Source: Dehalococcoidia bacterium (GTDB lineage: Bacteria; Chloroflexota; Dehalococcoidia; Plut-88900). Taken from it: a stretch of 64,000 bases of DNA. The DNA is taken from the NCBI GenBank assembly GCA_965197585.1, contig OZ240215.1, forward strand, positions 96,001 through 160,000, in the 5' to 3' direction. The notes below the pieces were generated by a model that saw only the letters and a program-made list of their open reading frames with translations, was not told where the DNA came from and did no database searches. Each line of letters starts with the position of its first letter. Positions within the stretch are counted from its first letter, which is position 1. Positions 1-9,722 of the stretch are shown one piece after another. The position numbers were made by a program, and so were the translations under genes.

Positions 1-110
1 TCTGCTACGGGTGACCGACAATGCGGACATCTCAATGCTGACAAACCCTGGCAGATACCTTTCCGCTATGCGAGATTAATGCTCAACTTAACTTTAACCT
101 CGTAAGCCCG

Positions 111-590
111 CTATCCCGTCCCGTTACCCCGCTTAGGTATCATCACCCGACGCCGCAGCGTGAGAATAGTCTCATCTCTTTGATTCCACGCCCGGGTCTC
201 GACGTAGAGGATGCCGCGATCGTTCTTGCTCTTGGACTCGCGCTTCTCCAGGATTTCCGTCTCGGCGTAGATGGTGTCGCCGTGGAAGGTCGGGCTGAGG
301 TGCTTGATGGTCTCGTATTCCAGGTTGGCGATGGCCTTGCCGCTGATCTCCCTGACCGTCATGCCAACGACCAGGCTGATGACGAATAGTCCGTTCACCA
401 GCCTCTGCCCGAACTGGCTCCCACTCATGTAGTGCTCGTCGATGTGAAGGGGAGCATGGTTCATGGTGATCATGCTGAAAAGGGTGTCGTCGTACTCGTT
501 GACGGTGCGGCCGGGCCAGTGCTTGTAGATGTCACCGACCGTGTAGTCGTCGTACCAGCTCCCGAAGGCTTCTCGTCCGTCGTGGTCCAT
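111..590 (-). CDS. MaoC-family (hot-dog fold) dehydratase
   Basis: Motifs GRTVNEYD..FSMITMNHAPLHID and PTFHGDTIYAETEILEKRES. Start moved to ATG 590 (MDHDG) to avoid overlap with the upstream gene. Confidence 0.88.
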   Translation of the reverse strand: MDHDGREAFGSWYDDYTVGDIYKHWPGRTVNEYDDTLFSMITMNHAPLHIDEHYMSGSQFGQRLVNGLFVISLVVGMTVREISGKAIANLEYETIKHLSPTFHGDTIYAETEILEKRESKSKNDRGILYVETRAWNQRDETILTLRRRVMIPKRGNGTG

Positions 591-621
591 AATGCGCTCC
601 TGTTGGTAGGGTCTCGTCCTG

Positions 622-1779
622 TTAAATCTGGTGCTTCTTGAGCAGGTTACGGGCAATTACGAGCTTCTGGATTTCGTTCGTGCCCTCGCCGATCATCATG
701 AGGGGCGCGTCACGGAAGTAGCGCTCGACGGGGAACTCCTCTGTGTAGCCGTAGCCGCCGTGGATGCGCATGGCCTCCATCGTGACCTCGTGGGCGGTCT
801 CGCTGGCAAACAGCTTGGCCATGCCGGCCTCAAGGTCCGACCTTTCGCCCCGGTCCTTCTTGGCTGCGGCGGACAGGGTCAGGAGCCGGGCTGCCTCTAT
901 CTTTGTAGCCATATCGGCGAGTTTTAGCTGGATGGCTTGGTGCTCGGCGATGGGCTTCCCAAAAGTCACCCTCTGCTGTGCGTAGGTTATGGCGGCGTCG
1001 AACGCGGCTTGGGAGACACCCACGGCACGGGCCGCGATGTTCACCCTGCCACCCTCCAACCCCGACATGATGTGCTTGAACCCCTGCCCCTCGACCCCCC
1101 CCAAGAGGTTGGTTATCGGCACCCGGAAGTCGTCGAAGGCGAACTCCGTGGTGTCGATGCCCCGGTACCCGAGCTTCTTGATCTTCTTGCCGACGGTGAA
1201 GCCTTCACCGCCTTTTTCGATTATGAATAGACTTATGCCTCGGTAGCCCGGCTTGGCGTTCGGGTCCGTCTTGGTCAAGAGTGCAAAGGTGTTGCCCTGG
1301 ATGCCGTTTGTGACGAACATCTTGGAGCCGTTAATAACGTAGTCGTCGCCATCCTTCACGGCCATGGTCTGGATGGACTGGAGGTCGCTGCCGCCGCCCG
1401 GCTCCGTGAGCCCGATGCCTCCGCGCTTTTCGCCCGTTACGATTTTGGGCAGAAAGCGGTGCTTCTGCTCCTCCGTGCCGAACTTGACGATGGCGTAGGT
1501 CATGATCGAATGGCTGCCGATGGTTCCGCTGAGGCTCATCCAACCCTTGCAAAGCTCTTCGATGATGAGTGCGAAGGTCACGTTGTCGAGCCCCAGGCCC
1601 CCGTACTCCTTCGGGACGACGGCCCCGAACAGGCCCATCTCCTTCATCTTCTCCACCATCTCGTGGGGATATTCGTCGGCGTGCTCAAGCTCTGAGACGT
1701 AGGGCTTCACGTCCCGGTTGACGAACTCCCGGATGGTGGAAACCATCTGCTTCTGCTCTTCCGTCAGGACAATGCTCAT
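622..1779 (-). CDS. Acyl-CoA dehydrogenase
   Basis: LTEPGGGSD, INGSKMFVTNG, IHGGYGY, IGEGTNEIQK motifs. Start at ATG 1779 (MSIVLTEEQ) after a GGAGG RBS. Confidence 0.93.
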   Translation of the reverse strand: MSIVLTEEQKQMVSTIREFVNRDVKPYVSELEHADEYPHEMVEKMKEMGLFGAVVPKEYGGLGLDNVTFALIIEELCKGWMSLSGTIGSHSIMTYAIVKFGTEEQKHRFLPKIVTGEKRGGIGLTEPGGGSDLQSIQTMAVKDGDDYVINGSKMFVTNGIQGNTFALLTKTDPNAKPGYRGISLFIIEKGGEGFTVGKKIKKLGYRGIDTTEFAFDDFRVPITNLLGGVEGQGFKHIMSGLEGGRVNIAARAVGVSQAAFDAAITYAQQRVTFGKPIAEHQAIQLKLADMATKIEAARLLTLSAAAKKDRGERSDLEAGMAKLFASETAHEVTMEAMRIHGGYGYTEEFPVERYFRDAPLMMIGEGTNEIQKLVIARNLLKKHQI

Positions 1780-1826
1780 CCGGTCCTCCCTAAGGGCTAT
1801 ATAATCGTGGCTTGGATGATCGGCTA

Positions 1827-3062
1827 CTAAGTGGTGGGCCCCGTGATCCCGAGGGCCCCGCCCGGCTGCTCCAGCAGCTGGATTCGGGCCTGGGTCCTGA
1901 CCGGCAGCCCAAAGATGTCTATGAATCCCTTCGACGCACTCTGGTCGAAGGTGTCTCCCTGGTCGTAAGTCGCGAGCTCGAACTGGTAGAGTGCCTGCGG
2001 GGCCTTGCGCCCGACCACCGTGCACTGGCCCTTGTGCAGTTTGACTCGAATTGTGCCGGTGACGTGCCGCTGGGTGCTCTGCACGTAGGAGGCCAGGTCC
2101 TGGTGCAGGGCCGTGAACCAGAGGCCGTTATAGATCAGGTCGGCGTACTCCTGGGCTACCCTATCCTTGAATCGGGCCTGTTCCTTGCTGAGGGTCATGT
2201 CTTCCAGGGCCCGGTGGGCGGTGGTGAGGACAATGCCTGCTGGAGCTTCATATATCTCCCGGGACTTGATCCCGACCAGCCGGTTCTCAACGTGGTCGAT
2301 TCTCCCCACCCCGTGCGCCCCTGCTGCCTTGTTCAGCATGTCGATCAGCTCCACACCGCTGACGTCCCGACCATCCAGCCGAATTGGAATACCCGTCTCG
2401 AATTCGATCTCGTGGTATGCCGGTTCGTCGGGTGCGTTAGCCGAGGATACGGTCCACTGGTAAACGTCCTCCGGAGGCTCGACCCACGGGTCTTCCAGCA
2501 CCCCTGTCTCTATGCTCCGGCCCCATAAGTTCTCATCGATGGAGTAGGGGTTGGCCTTGGTCAGCGGCACGGGGATGCTGTGCTCCTTGGCGTAGTCGAT
2601 CTCCTGCTCCCGGGTCATACCCCACTCGCGGGCCGGGGCGATGATCTCGAGGCTGGGGGCAAGGGCCCCGACGCTCACGTCGAACCGGACCTGGTCGTTC
2701 CCTTTGCCGGTGCAGCCGTGGGCAACGGCATAGGCGCCCGTCTCCAGGGCCACGTCCACGAGGAGTTTGGCCATGAGAGGTCGGGCGAGGGCAGTGGCCA
2801 GGGGGTATTTTCCTTCGTATACGGCGCCCGCTTGCAGGGCGGGCCAAACGAAGAACTTTACGAAGTCTTCACGGGCGTTGAGCACCTCGGCCTGAACGGC
2901 TCCCGTGCCCAGGGCCCGCTGCCGCACCTTTTCCAAGTCTATCTCGCCGCCCACGTCTACGGTAAGAGTCACGATCTCGGCGTTGTAGCGGTCGGAAAGC
3001 CATTTGATGGCTACGGAGGTGTCGAGCCCCCCGCTATATGCAAGGACGATCTTTTGGGTCAC
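1827..3062 (-). CDS. argG: Argininosuccinate synthase
   Basis: LAYSGGLDTS, AHGCTGKGNDQVRF, ENRLVGIKSREIYEAP signatures. Confidence 0.98.
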   Translation of the reverse strand: MTQKIVLAYSGGLDTSVAIKWLSDRYNAEIVTLTVDVGGEIDLEKVRQRALGTGAVQAEVLNAREDFVKFFVWPALQAGAVYEGKYPLATALARPLMAKLLVDVALETGAYAVAHGCTGKGNDQVRFDVSVGALAPSLEIIAPAREWGMTREQEIDYAKEHSIPVPLTKANPYSIDENLWGRSIETGVLEDPWVEPPEDVYQWTVSSANAPDEPAYHEIEFETGIPIRLDGRDVSGVELIDMLNKAAGAHGVGRIDHVENRLVGIKSREIYEAPAGIVLTTAHRALEDMTLSKEQARFKDRVAQEYADLIYNGLWFTALHQDLASYVQSTQRHVTGTIRVKLHKGQCTVVGRKAPQALYQFELATYDQGDTFDQSASKGFIDIFGLPVRTQARIQLLEQPGGALGITGPTT

Positions 3063-3079
3063 GGTATTCCTCTGTAAGT

Positions 3080-4270
3080 CTAGCCTTGGGCCACGGCCCC
3101 GAGGGCCGCATCCAGTATTTCGATTGCCTTGTCCGCCTCATCATCGGAAAGAATCAGGGGTGGGATGAGTCGGAGGGCATTGGGCTTTACGGGGTTTACG
3201 AGCAGGCCGCGCTCGCGGCACTCGTTGACGAGGGCGCCCGAGACATTCTCGCTGAGGGCCAGGGCAAGGAGCAGCCCGACTCCCCGCACTCCCACGGCCA
3301 GGTCGTGCTTGCCGGTCAGCCCTTCAAGGCCGGCCCGTAGCCGCTCCCCGACCCTTCGGGCATTACCAACAACGTCGTTCTCAAGGATGTAGCGCATGTT
3401 GGCTGCGCCGACCGCGGTGCCCAAGGGGTTTCCGCTGAAGGTGGAGCCGTGGTCGCCGGGTTCAAATACGGACGCCGCCTTCTTGGCCATGACTGCGCCT
3501 ATGGGGAACCCCCCACCTAGGGCCTTGGCCAGGGTAATCACGTCGGGCTCCACCCCGAAATGCTGGTAGGCGAACAGGTTGCCCGTCCTCCCGATGCCCG
3601 TCTGGACCTCGTCGAAGATAAGGAGCAGGTTCTGCTGGTCGCACCAGTCCCGGACCTGCTGGAGATACTCGCGGGAGGGGACATTGACGCCGCCCTCGCC
3701 CTGGATGGGTTCCAGCATCACTGCGCAGGTGCTCTCAGATGTGGCTGATATAACGGCTTCGATGTCGTCGAAGGGGACGTTGGTGAAGCCTTGGGGGAGG
3801 GGGGTGAAGGTGGCCTGGTGGTCGGGCTGGCCCGTGGCTGCGACCATTGCGAACGTGCGCCCGTGGAATGAGTTCATCGCCGAGATGACCTCGTAAGCTC
3901 CATTCAGGTTGACCTTGCCGTGCTTTCGGGCGATTTTTATGGCCGCTTCGTTGGCTTCCGCTCCGCTGTTTTGGAAGAACACCTCATCACAGCAGGAGTT
4001 TTCGACCAGGAGCTGGGCCAACTCTACCTGGGGAATCGTGTAGTAAAGATTGGAGACATGCCAGAGAGTCTGGCTCTGTTTCTGTAGCGCCTCGACCAAG
4101 ACAGGGTGGCAGTGCCCCAGCCCCGTGACCGCGATCCCGCCCACGAAGTCCAGGTACTCCTTCCCGTCTTCATCCCAGACCCTGACGCCCTCGCCCCTGA
4201 CCAGGGTCAAGGGCTGGCGGCGGCCCGTCTTCATAAAATACTTGGCTTCCAGCTCCTGCCAATTCACCAT
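3080..4270 (-). CDS. argD: Acetylornithine aminotransferase
   Basis: Class III PLP motifs NSGAEANEAAIK, SFHGRT, DEVQTGIGRTG, LAKALGGG; arg operon context. Confidence 0.93.
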   Translation of the reverse strand: MVNWQELEAKYFMKTGRRQPLTLVRGEGVRVWDEDGKEYLDFVGGIAVTGLGHCHPVLVEALQKQSQTLWHVSNLYYTIPQVELAQLLVENSCCDEVFFQNSGAEANEAAIKIARKHGKVNLNGAYEVISAMNSFHGRTFAMVAATGQPDHQATFTPLPQGFTNVPFDDIEAVISATSESTCAVMLEPIQGEGGVNVPSREYLQQVRDWCDQQNLLLIFDEVQTGIGRTGNLFAYQHFGVEPDVITLAKALGGGFPIGAVMAKKAASVFEPGDHGSTFSGNPLGTAVGAANMRYILENDVVGNARRVGERLRAGLEGLTGKHDLAVGVRGVGLLLALALSENVSGALVNECRERGLLVNPVKPNALRLIPPLILSDDEADKAIEILDAALGAVAQG

Positions 4271-4325
4271 ATCTTTTTCCTTTCTAAAGACCCGATAACA
4301 TTGTCATCTCGATGCCCCATATTTC

Positions 4326-4353
4326 TGTCATCCCGAGGCCCCGCGAGGGATCT
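4326..4353. repeat. REP-like palindrome family B (TGTCATCCCGAGGCYCCGCGAGGGATCT)
   Basis: Near-identical copy at 29735-29762; a related copy is split by IS481 (15371-15379 + 16441-16459). Confidence 0.75.
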
Positions 4354-4430
4354 AAGGCGCATGCAGGCGGCCCGCTTATGATTCGCTTTCCACGATATTG
4401 CCAATGGGGCCCGTGGGTTGAGGTTTCCAA

Positions 4431-4490
4431 TCCCCTCTCCCATCTAGGGAGAGGGCTAGGGTTGAAGACTCGCTGAGGCGAGTGAGGGTG
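4431..4490. repeat. REP-like palindrome family A (CCCTCTCCC-n5-GGGAGAGGG-CTAGGGTGAGGGTG) with internal insert
   Basis: Hairpin plus conserved tail. Other copies at ~12907, 12972, 14169, 16474, 18367, 21106 and 26460. Confidence 0.8.
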
Positions 4491-4518
4491 TTTCTTTTTC
4501 CTTACTAATGTCAGCTAA

Positions 4519-5310
4519 CTATTCTCCCCCGAACCACGTCCCAGGCCCCTTGCCCTCGACCGCATCCAGCAAGGCGTGCGGCCGACGCCCGTCAGTTATC
4601 ACGGCCCTTACCGACGCCTCTGAGGCTTTTAGGCAAGCCTCGACCTTGGGAATCATACCCGAGTTGATAACTCCGGATTCGATCATGTTCTGCACGTCGT
4701 CTCTCGAAAGGGAGGATGCACAGGTGCCGGTCTCGTCCAAAATCCCTTCCACGTCGGTGAGAAAAACAAGGGTTGAGACATGAATCTCGGAGGCCAGGGC
4801 GCCGGCCACGGTGTCGGCGTTGACGTTCAGGATGCCCCTCCAGTCTGCGCTGCCGTTTCGCCGTTGGGAGGCTATGGGCGACAGGACGGGGAGAAAACCG
4901 CTCTTAACAAGGGCCTCTAAAGGCGTGGGGTCCACCCCCGTGACCCGACCCACATACCCCAGCTCCGAGTCCCGCACCTCCGCCTGGATAATTCCTCCGT
5001 CCACACCGCTCAGACCGACGGCTCGACCCCCGCACCCGGCTATCGAGGCAACCAGTTCCTTATTTACGAGACCTGCCAGGACGGCCGTGGCGACTTCAAG
5101 TGCTGGACCGTCGGTGACTCGCAGCCCGCGGACGAATCGCGCCTCGACCCCGTGACGCCGCTGCCAGTCCGACACAACATTGCCGCCGCCGTGAACGACG
5201 ATAATCTCGACTCCGTCGCGCTGGAGGGCAGCCAGGTCTGAGAATAGGGTGTCGGACGCGCCGAGGGCCCCTCCCCCAATCTTGACTACTGCCTGACGCA
5301 TCCCCTTCAC
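4519..5310 (-). CDS. argB: Acetylglutamate kinase
   Basis: VVKIGG, VHGGG, GLRVTD, NVNADT, GMIPKV motifs. Confidence 0.95.
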   Translation of the reverse strand: MKGMRQAVVKIGGGALGASDTLFSDLAALQRDGVEIIVVHGGGNVVSDWQRRHGVEARFVRGLRVTDGPALEVATAVLAGLVNKELVASIAGCGGRAVGLSGVDGGIIQAEVRDSELGYVGRVTGVDPTPLEALVKSGFLPVLSPIASQRRNGSADWRGILNVNADTVAGALASEIHVSTLVFLTDVEGILDETGTCASSLSRDDVQNMIESGVINSGMIPKVEACLKASEASVRAVITDGRRPHALLDAVEGKGPGTWFGGE

Positions 5311-5322
5311 CTTGACCCGGGC

Positions 5323-6543
5323 CTAGGTAGTGTACTCGCTGTTGAAGGTGACGTACTCCTCGGAGAGGTCACACGTCCAGGCCGTCGCCGACGCTTCTCC
5401 AACATTCAAGACCAGCTTGATCGAGACCTCTTCCTGGTCCAGTGAACGAGAGACCGCGTCTTCGTAATAGGGGACGGGGGTGCCGTTGTTGAGCATGAAG
5501 ATATCGTTGATGAAGAGGTCGGTCTTCGACTCCTCGATATACGCGCCCGTCCGACCCAACGCAGCCATGAGGCGTCCCCAGTTGGGGTCGTTCCCGTGTA
5601 TCGCGCTCTTGACCAGCATAGAGGTCGATATGATTCGAGCGGCGTTACGGGCCTCATCCAGGGAGAGGGCCTTTTCGATGATGATTTCGATTATCTTGGT
5701 AGCGCCCTCACCGTCCCGTGCTATCTGCTTGGCCAGGAAGGTGCAGACCTGTTTCAGCGCCTCCGTAAAGGTCTCCCCCTCGGCCCCGTCTCCCGAGATC
5801 GGCGCATTCCCTGCCAGCCCGTTGGCCAGCACGGTGACTGTATCGCTGGTACTGGTGTCTCCATCGATGCTGATCATGTTGAAAGAGTCACCCACGGCAT
5901 TCTCAAGAGCAGTCTGTAGAAAAGCAGGATCGACCGCCGCGTCCGTAGCGATAAACGAGAGCATAGTAGCCATGTCCGGGTGTACCATTCCCGCGCCCTT
6001 GGCTATCCCCCCGACCACCGCCTGGGTCCCGCCACCCGTGTCAAAAGAGACCGCGATCTCCTTGGGGTGGGTGTCGGTGGTCATGATGGCCCGTGCCATG
6101 AACGGCCCTCCATCATCAGTGACCTCAATTTCCTCTATCCCCGCCCGTATTCGGGCCATCGGCAGCTCGACGCCTATGACGCCGGTACTGGCGATCAGCA
6201 CGTCCTCTGCCGCAACTCCGAGCTTATTCCCCGCCAACACTGACATCTCTACCGCATCGATCCGCCCCTGCTCCCCGACCGACACGTTGGCGATGCCGCT
6301 GTTTACTACAACGGCTTGAGCATATGGGTCTTTCAGGTAGTCCCTGTTGACCAGAATCGCGGGTGCCGTTACCCGGTTCTTGGTGAAGACGGCTGCAGCA
6401 GCGGCGCGGGCCTCCGAGTAGATAAGCCCGAGGTCCAGTTTGTCGACGCCGTAGGGTTTGACTCCGCAGTAAACACCGCCGGCGCTGAACCCTTTGGGGC
6501 TGGTAACGGTGCCGCCTTCAATCCGTTCTATAGAGCCTTTCAT
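5323..6543 (-). CDS. argJ: Ornithine acetyltransferase ArgJ
   Basis: ASTGVIG, IMTTDT, AKGAGMVHPDMATML, RDGEGATK, DPNWGR, TCDLSEEYV. Start at ATG 6543. Confidence 0.96.
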   Translation of the reverse strand: MKGSIERIEGGTVTSPKGFSAGGVYCGVKPYGVDKLDLGLIYSEARAAAAAVFTKNRVTAPAILVNRDYLKDPYAQAVVVNSGIANVSVGEQGRIDAVEMSVLAGNKLGVAAEDVLIASTGVIGVELPMARIRAGIEEIEVTDDGGPFMARAIMTTDTHPKEIAVSFDTGGGTQAVVGGIAKGAGMVHPDMATMLSFIATDAAVDPAFLQTALENAVGDSFNMISIDGDTSTSDTVTVLANGLAGNAPISGDGAEGETFTEALKQVCTFLAKQIARDGEGATKIIEIIIEKALSLDEARNAARIISTSMLVKSAIHGNDPNWGRLMAALGRTGAYIEESKTDLFINDIFMLNNGTPVPYYEDAVSRSLDQEEVSIKLVLNVGEASATAWTCDLSEEYVTFNSEYTT

Positions 6544-6638
6544 TGCTGCCTTTCCGTGCCTCGATCCTCCCTGGACAGGCGTCGTGAAGTATATCACTTT
6601 TGGTCTTGGAGGCATGAGACTCGGTGTTCATTGAAACG

Positions 6639-6673
6639 GGAAAAGCCGACGGGAGTATCCCGTCGGCTTTTCC
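6639..6673 (-). terminator. Intrinsic terminator hairpin
   Basis: Perfect 16-bp inverted repeat GGAAAAGCCGACGGGA-gta-TCCCGTCGGCTTTTCC downstream of the UGSC gene. Confidence 0.8.
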
Positions 6674-6715
6674 ACCGAGCCTGGTTTCTTATGAAATCGT
6701 CTAGCTCGGCAGGAG

Positions 6716-7273
6716 TTAGGACATCCTGCCGTTCGTGAGGATGTCCACAATCTGGGGCAGGGCGTCCTTGGCCCGTGCCTTCAGGTCGTCATCCGCTAGG
6801 CTGCCGATGGGGTGCTTGACCACCACAAAGGGGTAGTCAGGGAGGCCGCGGGTGCGGGCGATGGCCTGCACTCCGGGTATGAACTGGTCGCTGATTATGA
6901 CAGCGGTGGGTACGCCCCGGTCTTCGAGGGAGATCGCGTCGTGCATACAGCACGTACTGCAGGAGCCTCAGTCCCCGATCGCAATCAGGGTGGCATCCGC
7001 CTTCTCCGCTAGCTCGTCGAGTAGCTCGGGGGGTGATACGTCGGAGACGTTTGGCCTGGCGACGAACGTGACGTCGGAGATCTCATACTCCGACTTGATG
7101 AGATCGGTGACCATCCAGAGGAGCTTGTCCCCGTTGAGCCTCCGGTCATGCAAGAGCCCGATGCGCTTGCCGTTGAGGCTGTCGATCTTGGGGGCCATAT
7201 CGATGTGCTCTTCGAGCATCTCGTCGCCCCTCGGGTCTAGGGCGATCATAGTTTTCAGCATGTCGCTGACCAT
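6716..7273 (-). CDS. UGSC-family selenoprotein (185 aa, Sec at UGA 6970-6968)
   Basis: ORFs 6968..7273 and 6716..6946 are in frame, joined by GAC-TGA-GGC-TCC-TGC-AGT-ACG-TGC-TGT-ATG = D-U-G-S-C-S-T-C-C-M. The paralog at 16553..17104 has UGA at the same position. Confidence 0.9.
6938..6967 (-). promoter_or_regulatory. Putative bacterial SECIS element
   Basis: Hairpin CGTGC-TGTAT-GCACG at +14..+28 after the UGA, with GU in the loop at +20/+21. Confidence 0.65.
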
Positions 7274-7483
7274 GGGTGCCTCCTTTGCTGACGTTAGTGG
7301 AACCAGTATACCACGCAGTGTGTCAATTCAGGCTGTCATTCCAAACGAAACTTCTAGGCGCTTGATTTAGCGTACCTTAAACTAAAGGTTGAGAGTGGTC
7401 TGAGGCATCGATGTTCAGAGTTGGCTTCCAGCCACCTTCCCGGCGACTGCCCCAAGTGTAGGCGAGGAAAGCAGGGTATGTAA

Positions 7484-8206
7484 TTGAGAGCGGTTACATG
7501 GAATGTCGAGTGGGCGACCGCTAGATCACGGCGTACCCCTGAAATACTGAGACGTATTGACGGTCACGCCCCCGAAATCGTCTGTCTCACCGAGACGGAT
7601 GTAAGGTTGCTGTCTCAACGCGGGTACACCATCTGCTCAGAGCCCGACGCCGGTTACGGAATCAAGATGAGCCGGCGTAAGGTCATACTCTGGTCGCGAG
7701 AGCCTTGGGACGAAGTAGATGACGTGGGGCTCGATTCGATGCCACCGGGCCGTTTTGTGGCTGGAGTCACGCAGACTTCCTTGGGCGAAGGCACAGTCGT
7801 TGGAGTCTGCATTCCCTGGTTCGGATCCCGGACCGAGGCTAGGCGCAAGGCGGAACGCAAGGAGCGGTGGGCAGACTATGAGCAGTATCTGGTCGGTCTC
7901 ACTGAAATTCTCGGACGAGCGACTGCGAAGCGTCTGATAGTGATGGGGGACTTCAATCAAGTTATAGGAACAGGTAGCCGAGCACCTGTCGACCTGCGGT
8001 TGGCGCTTAAAGAGGCCTTCCTGCCGAGCATGAAAATCGCTACATCAGATCTTGCCTTCCAGGGCCGCAAAAGCATCGACCACATTGCTCTGAGTAATGA
8101 TTGCGCAATTGGATCCCTGGAAGTAATCAGCAACATCCACGAAGAGAGAAAACTCTCAGACCATTTCGGAATAGTCGCCGACCTGACTGCCCAGCAATTG
8201 CCTTAG
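7484..8206 (+). CDS. Endonuclease/exonuclease/phosphatase family protein
   Basis: VTWNV, VCLTE, MGDFNQ, IDHI, SDH motifs. Confidence 0.88.
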   Translation: MRAVTWNVEWATARSRRTPEILRRIDGHAPEIVCLTETDVRLLSQRGYTICSEPDAGYGIKMSRRKVILWSREPWDEVDDVGLDSMPPGRFVAGVTQTSLGEGTVVGVCIPWFGSRTEARRKAERKERWADYEQYLVGLTEILGRATAKRLIVMGDFNQVIGTGSRAPVDLRLALKEAFLPSMKIATSDLAFQGRKSIDHIALSNDCAIGSLEVISNIHEERKLSDHFGIVADLTAQQLP

Positions 8207-8294
8207 CATATGGCTGTTCTTGTGAGGGTGGACCACTCGGAAGGAAGCGTGGCTCCACGCAGATCACTTCGTGCTTAGAAGAGGTTGGGCGGGC

Positions 8295-9110
8295 CTACTT
8301 CCAATTCTGCTGCAACAACGGCTGATAAGTAATCCCCGTGGTCACACTCAGACCCGCGTCCACGGGTAGGGTAACTCCCGTGACCCACCGAGCCTCGTCG
8401 CTCGCAAGGAACACCGCCGCCCACCCCACATCCCATCCCGTCCCCTCCGTCCCGAGAGGCGCCGCCGCCATCCGCCTCTCCCGCATCCCCTCTTCCATCC
8501 GGGGCGCGACCATCGGCGTGTAGACCAGGCCCGGCGCTATGGCGTTGACACGTATGTTGTCCGGGCCGTGGTCTGCAGCCATGGAGAACGTCAGACCAAT
8601 AACCGCCGCCTTGGAAGTGGTGTAGGGAGTGCTGTGATGTGCCCTGAGCCCCGCTGTCGAAGCAATATTGATTATCGACCCACCGCCGTCCTCTTTCATC
8701 CGTGGCACGATGTGACGGCTGCACAGCATCATGCTCTTCACGTTGACGGCCATTACCCGGTCCCACTCCTCAGGCGTCACATCCAGCACCGACCCTCGCT
8801 TGGATATGCCCACGTTGTTCACCAGCACGTCGATGCGGCCGTAGCGTTCGATGGCCGTCTCAGCGAGACGGCTGGCGTCCTCTTCGACAGTGACGTCAAC
8901 CTCGATGGTGGATGCCACTCCTCCCTCCGCCTCTATCGTGGCGAGGGTCTCGCGGGCACGGTCCTCGTGCAGGTCCGCAAGCAATACCCTCGCTCCCTCC
9001 TGAGCGAAAAGAATAGCCGTGGCCTTCCCATTCCCCATGCCCGGCCCGCTGGACCCGGCCCCCGTAATTATGGCTGTCTTTCCCGCTAGTCTTCCTTCGG
9101 TGTTGGGCAT
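8295..9110 (-). CDS. Short-chain dehydrogenase/reductase
   Basis: TGAGSSGPGMGNG, VNNVG, YxxSK (YTTSK), RVNAIAPG. Confidence 0.93.
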   Translation of the reverse strand: MPNTEGRLAGKTAIITGAGSSGPGMGNGKATAILFAQEGARVLLADLHEDRARETLATIEAEGGVASTIEVDVTVEEDASRLAETAIERYGRIDVLVNNVGISKRGSVLDVTPEEWDRVMAVNVKSMMLCSRHIVPRMKEDGGGSIINIASTAGLRAHHSTPYTTSKAAVIGLTFSMAADHGPDNIRVNAIAPGLVYTPMVAPRMEEGMRERRMAAAPLGTEGTGWDVGWAAVFLASDEARWVTGVTLPVDAGLSVTTGITYQPLLQQNWK

Positions 9111-9394
9111 TACTACCCCTTCCTATCTGACCCGCTGAAAGCAATCAGTGGGCTGGATTGCCCTTTCCCCTGTGCTTTTCTCAATCTACCTATGTTTGCC
9201 GTCTCGAATAAACGCGACCTTGGGATTCCCAGAATCCCTCCCACCGCCAGCAGGACGAGTCCCCACCGATGAACCCTTCGGTTGCCCTGAAATAGCCTAG
9301 CACCTAATCATAGCTATGATATTTGCAGCTTATCCCTTGAATGTCTGTTAGTCTAATCAGCGCGTATTACAAACATAAGGAGGGAATCTTTAGC

Positions 9395-9709
9395 ATGCCA
9401 ATCCAGAGCGCTCTACCACCAAAACCAGCGATAACTGAAGACAATACACGATACACCCACGAATATTTGCGTGCGTGCGCCATCAAAGAGGAAAGGAGCA
9501 TGTTAGGGATGGGCGCACCCAAAGAGCATGCCAGCAATTACCCCTCCCGGGAGATTCAGGCGCACCTAAACAGGCGAGCCTCAGAAGGCTTGAGGTTGGC
9601 ATTCATGGAGCCACATTGGTACTACGGGCGGGAATATATCAGCGCGGCTATGTCTATCACGAGGCCACTTGCGATCATTGGGTGGTATCTGACTTTTGAG
9701 AGGGCCTAA
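9395..9709 (+). CDS. Hypothetical protein (~104 aa)
   Basis: ATG 9395 preceded by AAGGAGG; protein-like composition; no motif recognised. Confidence 0.55.
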   Translation: MPIQSALPPKPAITEDNTRYTHEYLRACAIKEERSMLGMGAPKEHASNYPSREIQAHLNRRASEGLRLAFMEPHWYYGREYISAAMSITRPLAIIGWYLTFERA

Positions 9710-9722
9710 TGAGGTCTGCTCG

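Noticed and set aside
1780-2025. N-terminal extension of the acyl-CoA dehydrogenase ORF (similar extensions on MaoC, argJ, amidase and the last SDR)
   Set aside because: They overlap upstream genes or precede a better RBS-supported start.
6716-7273. Pseudogene or two-small-gene interpretation of the UGA-split ORFs (also 16553..17104)
   Set aside because: The same UGA sits in a UxxC motif in two diverged paralogs, with a conserved hairpin and intact frames on both sides.
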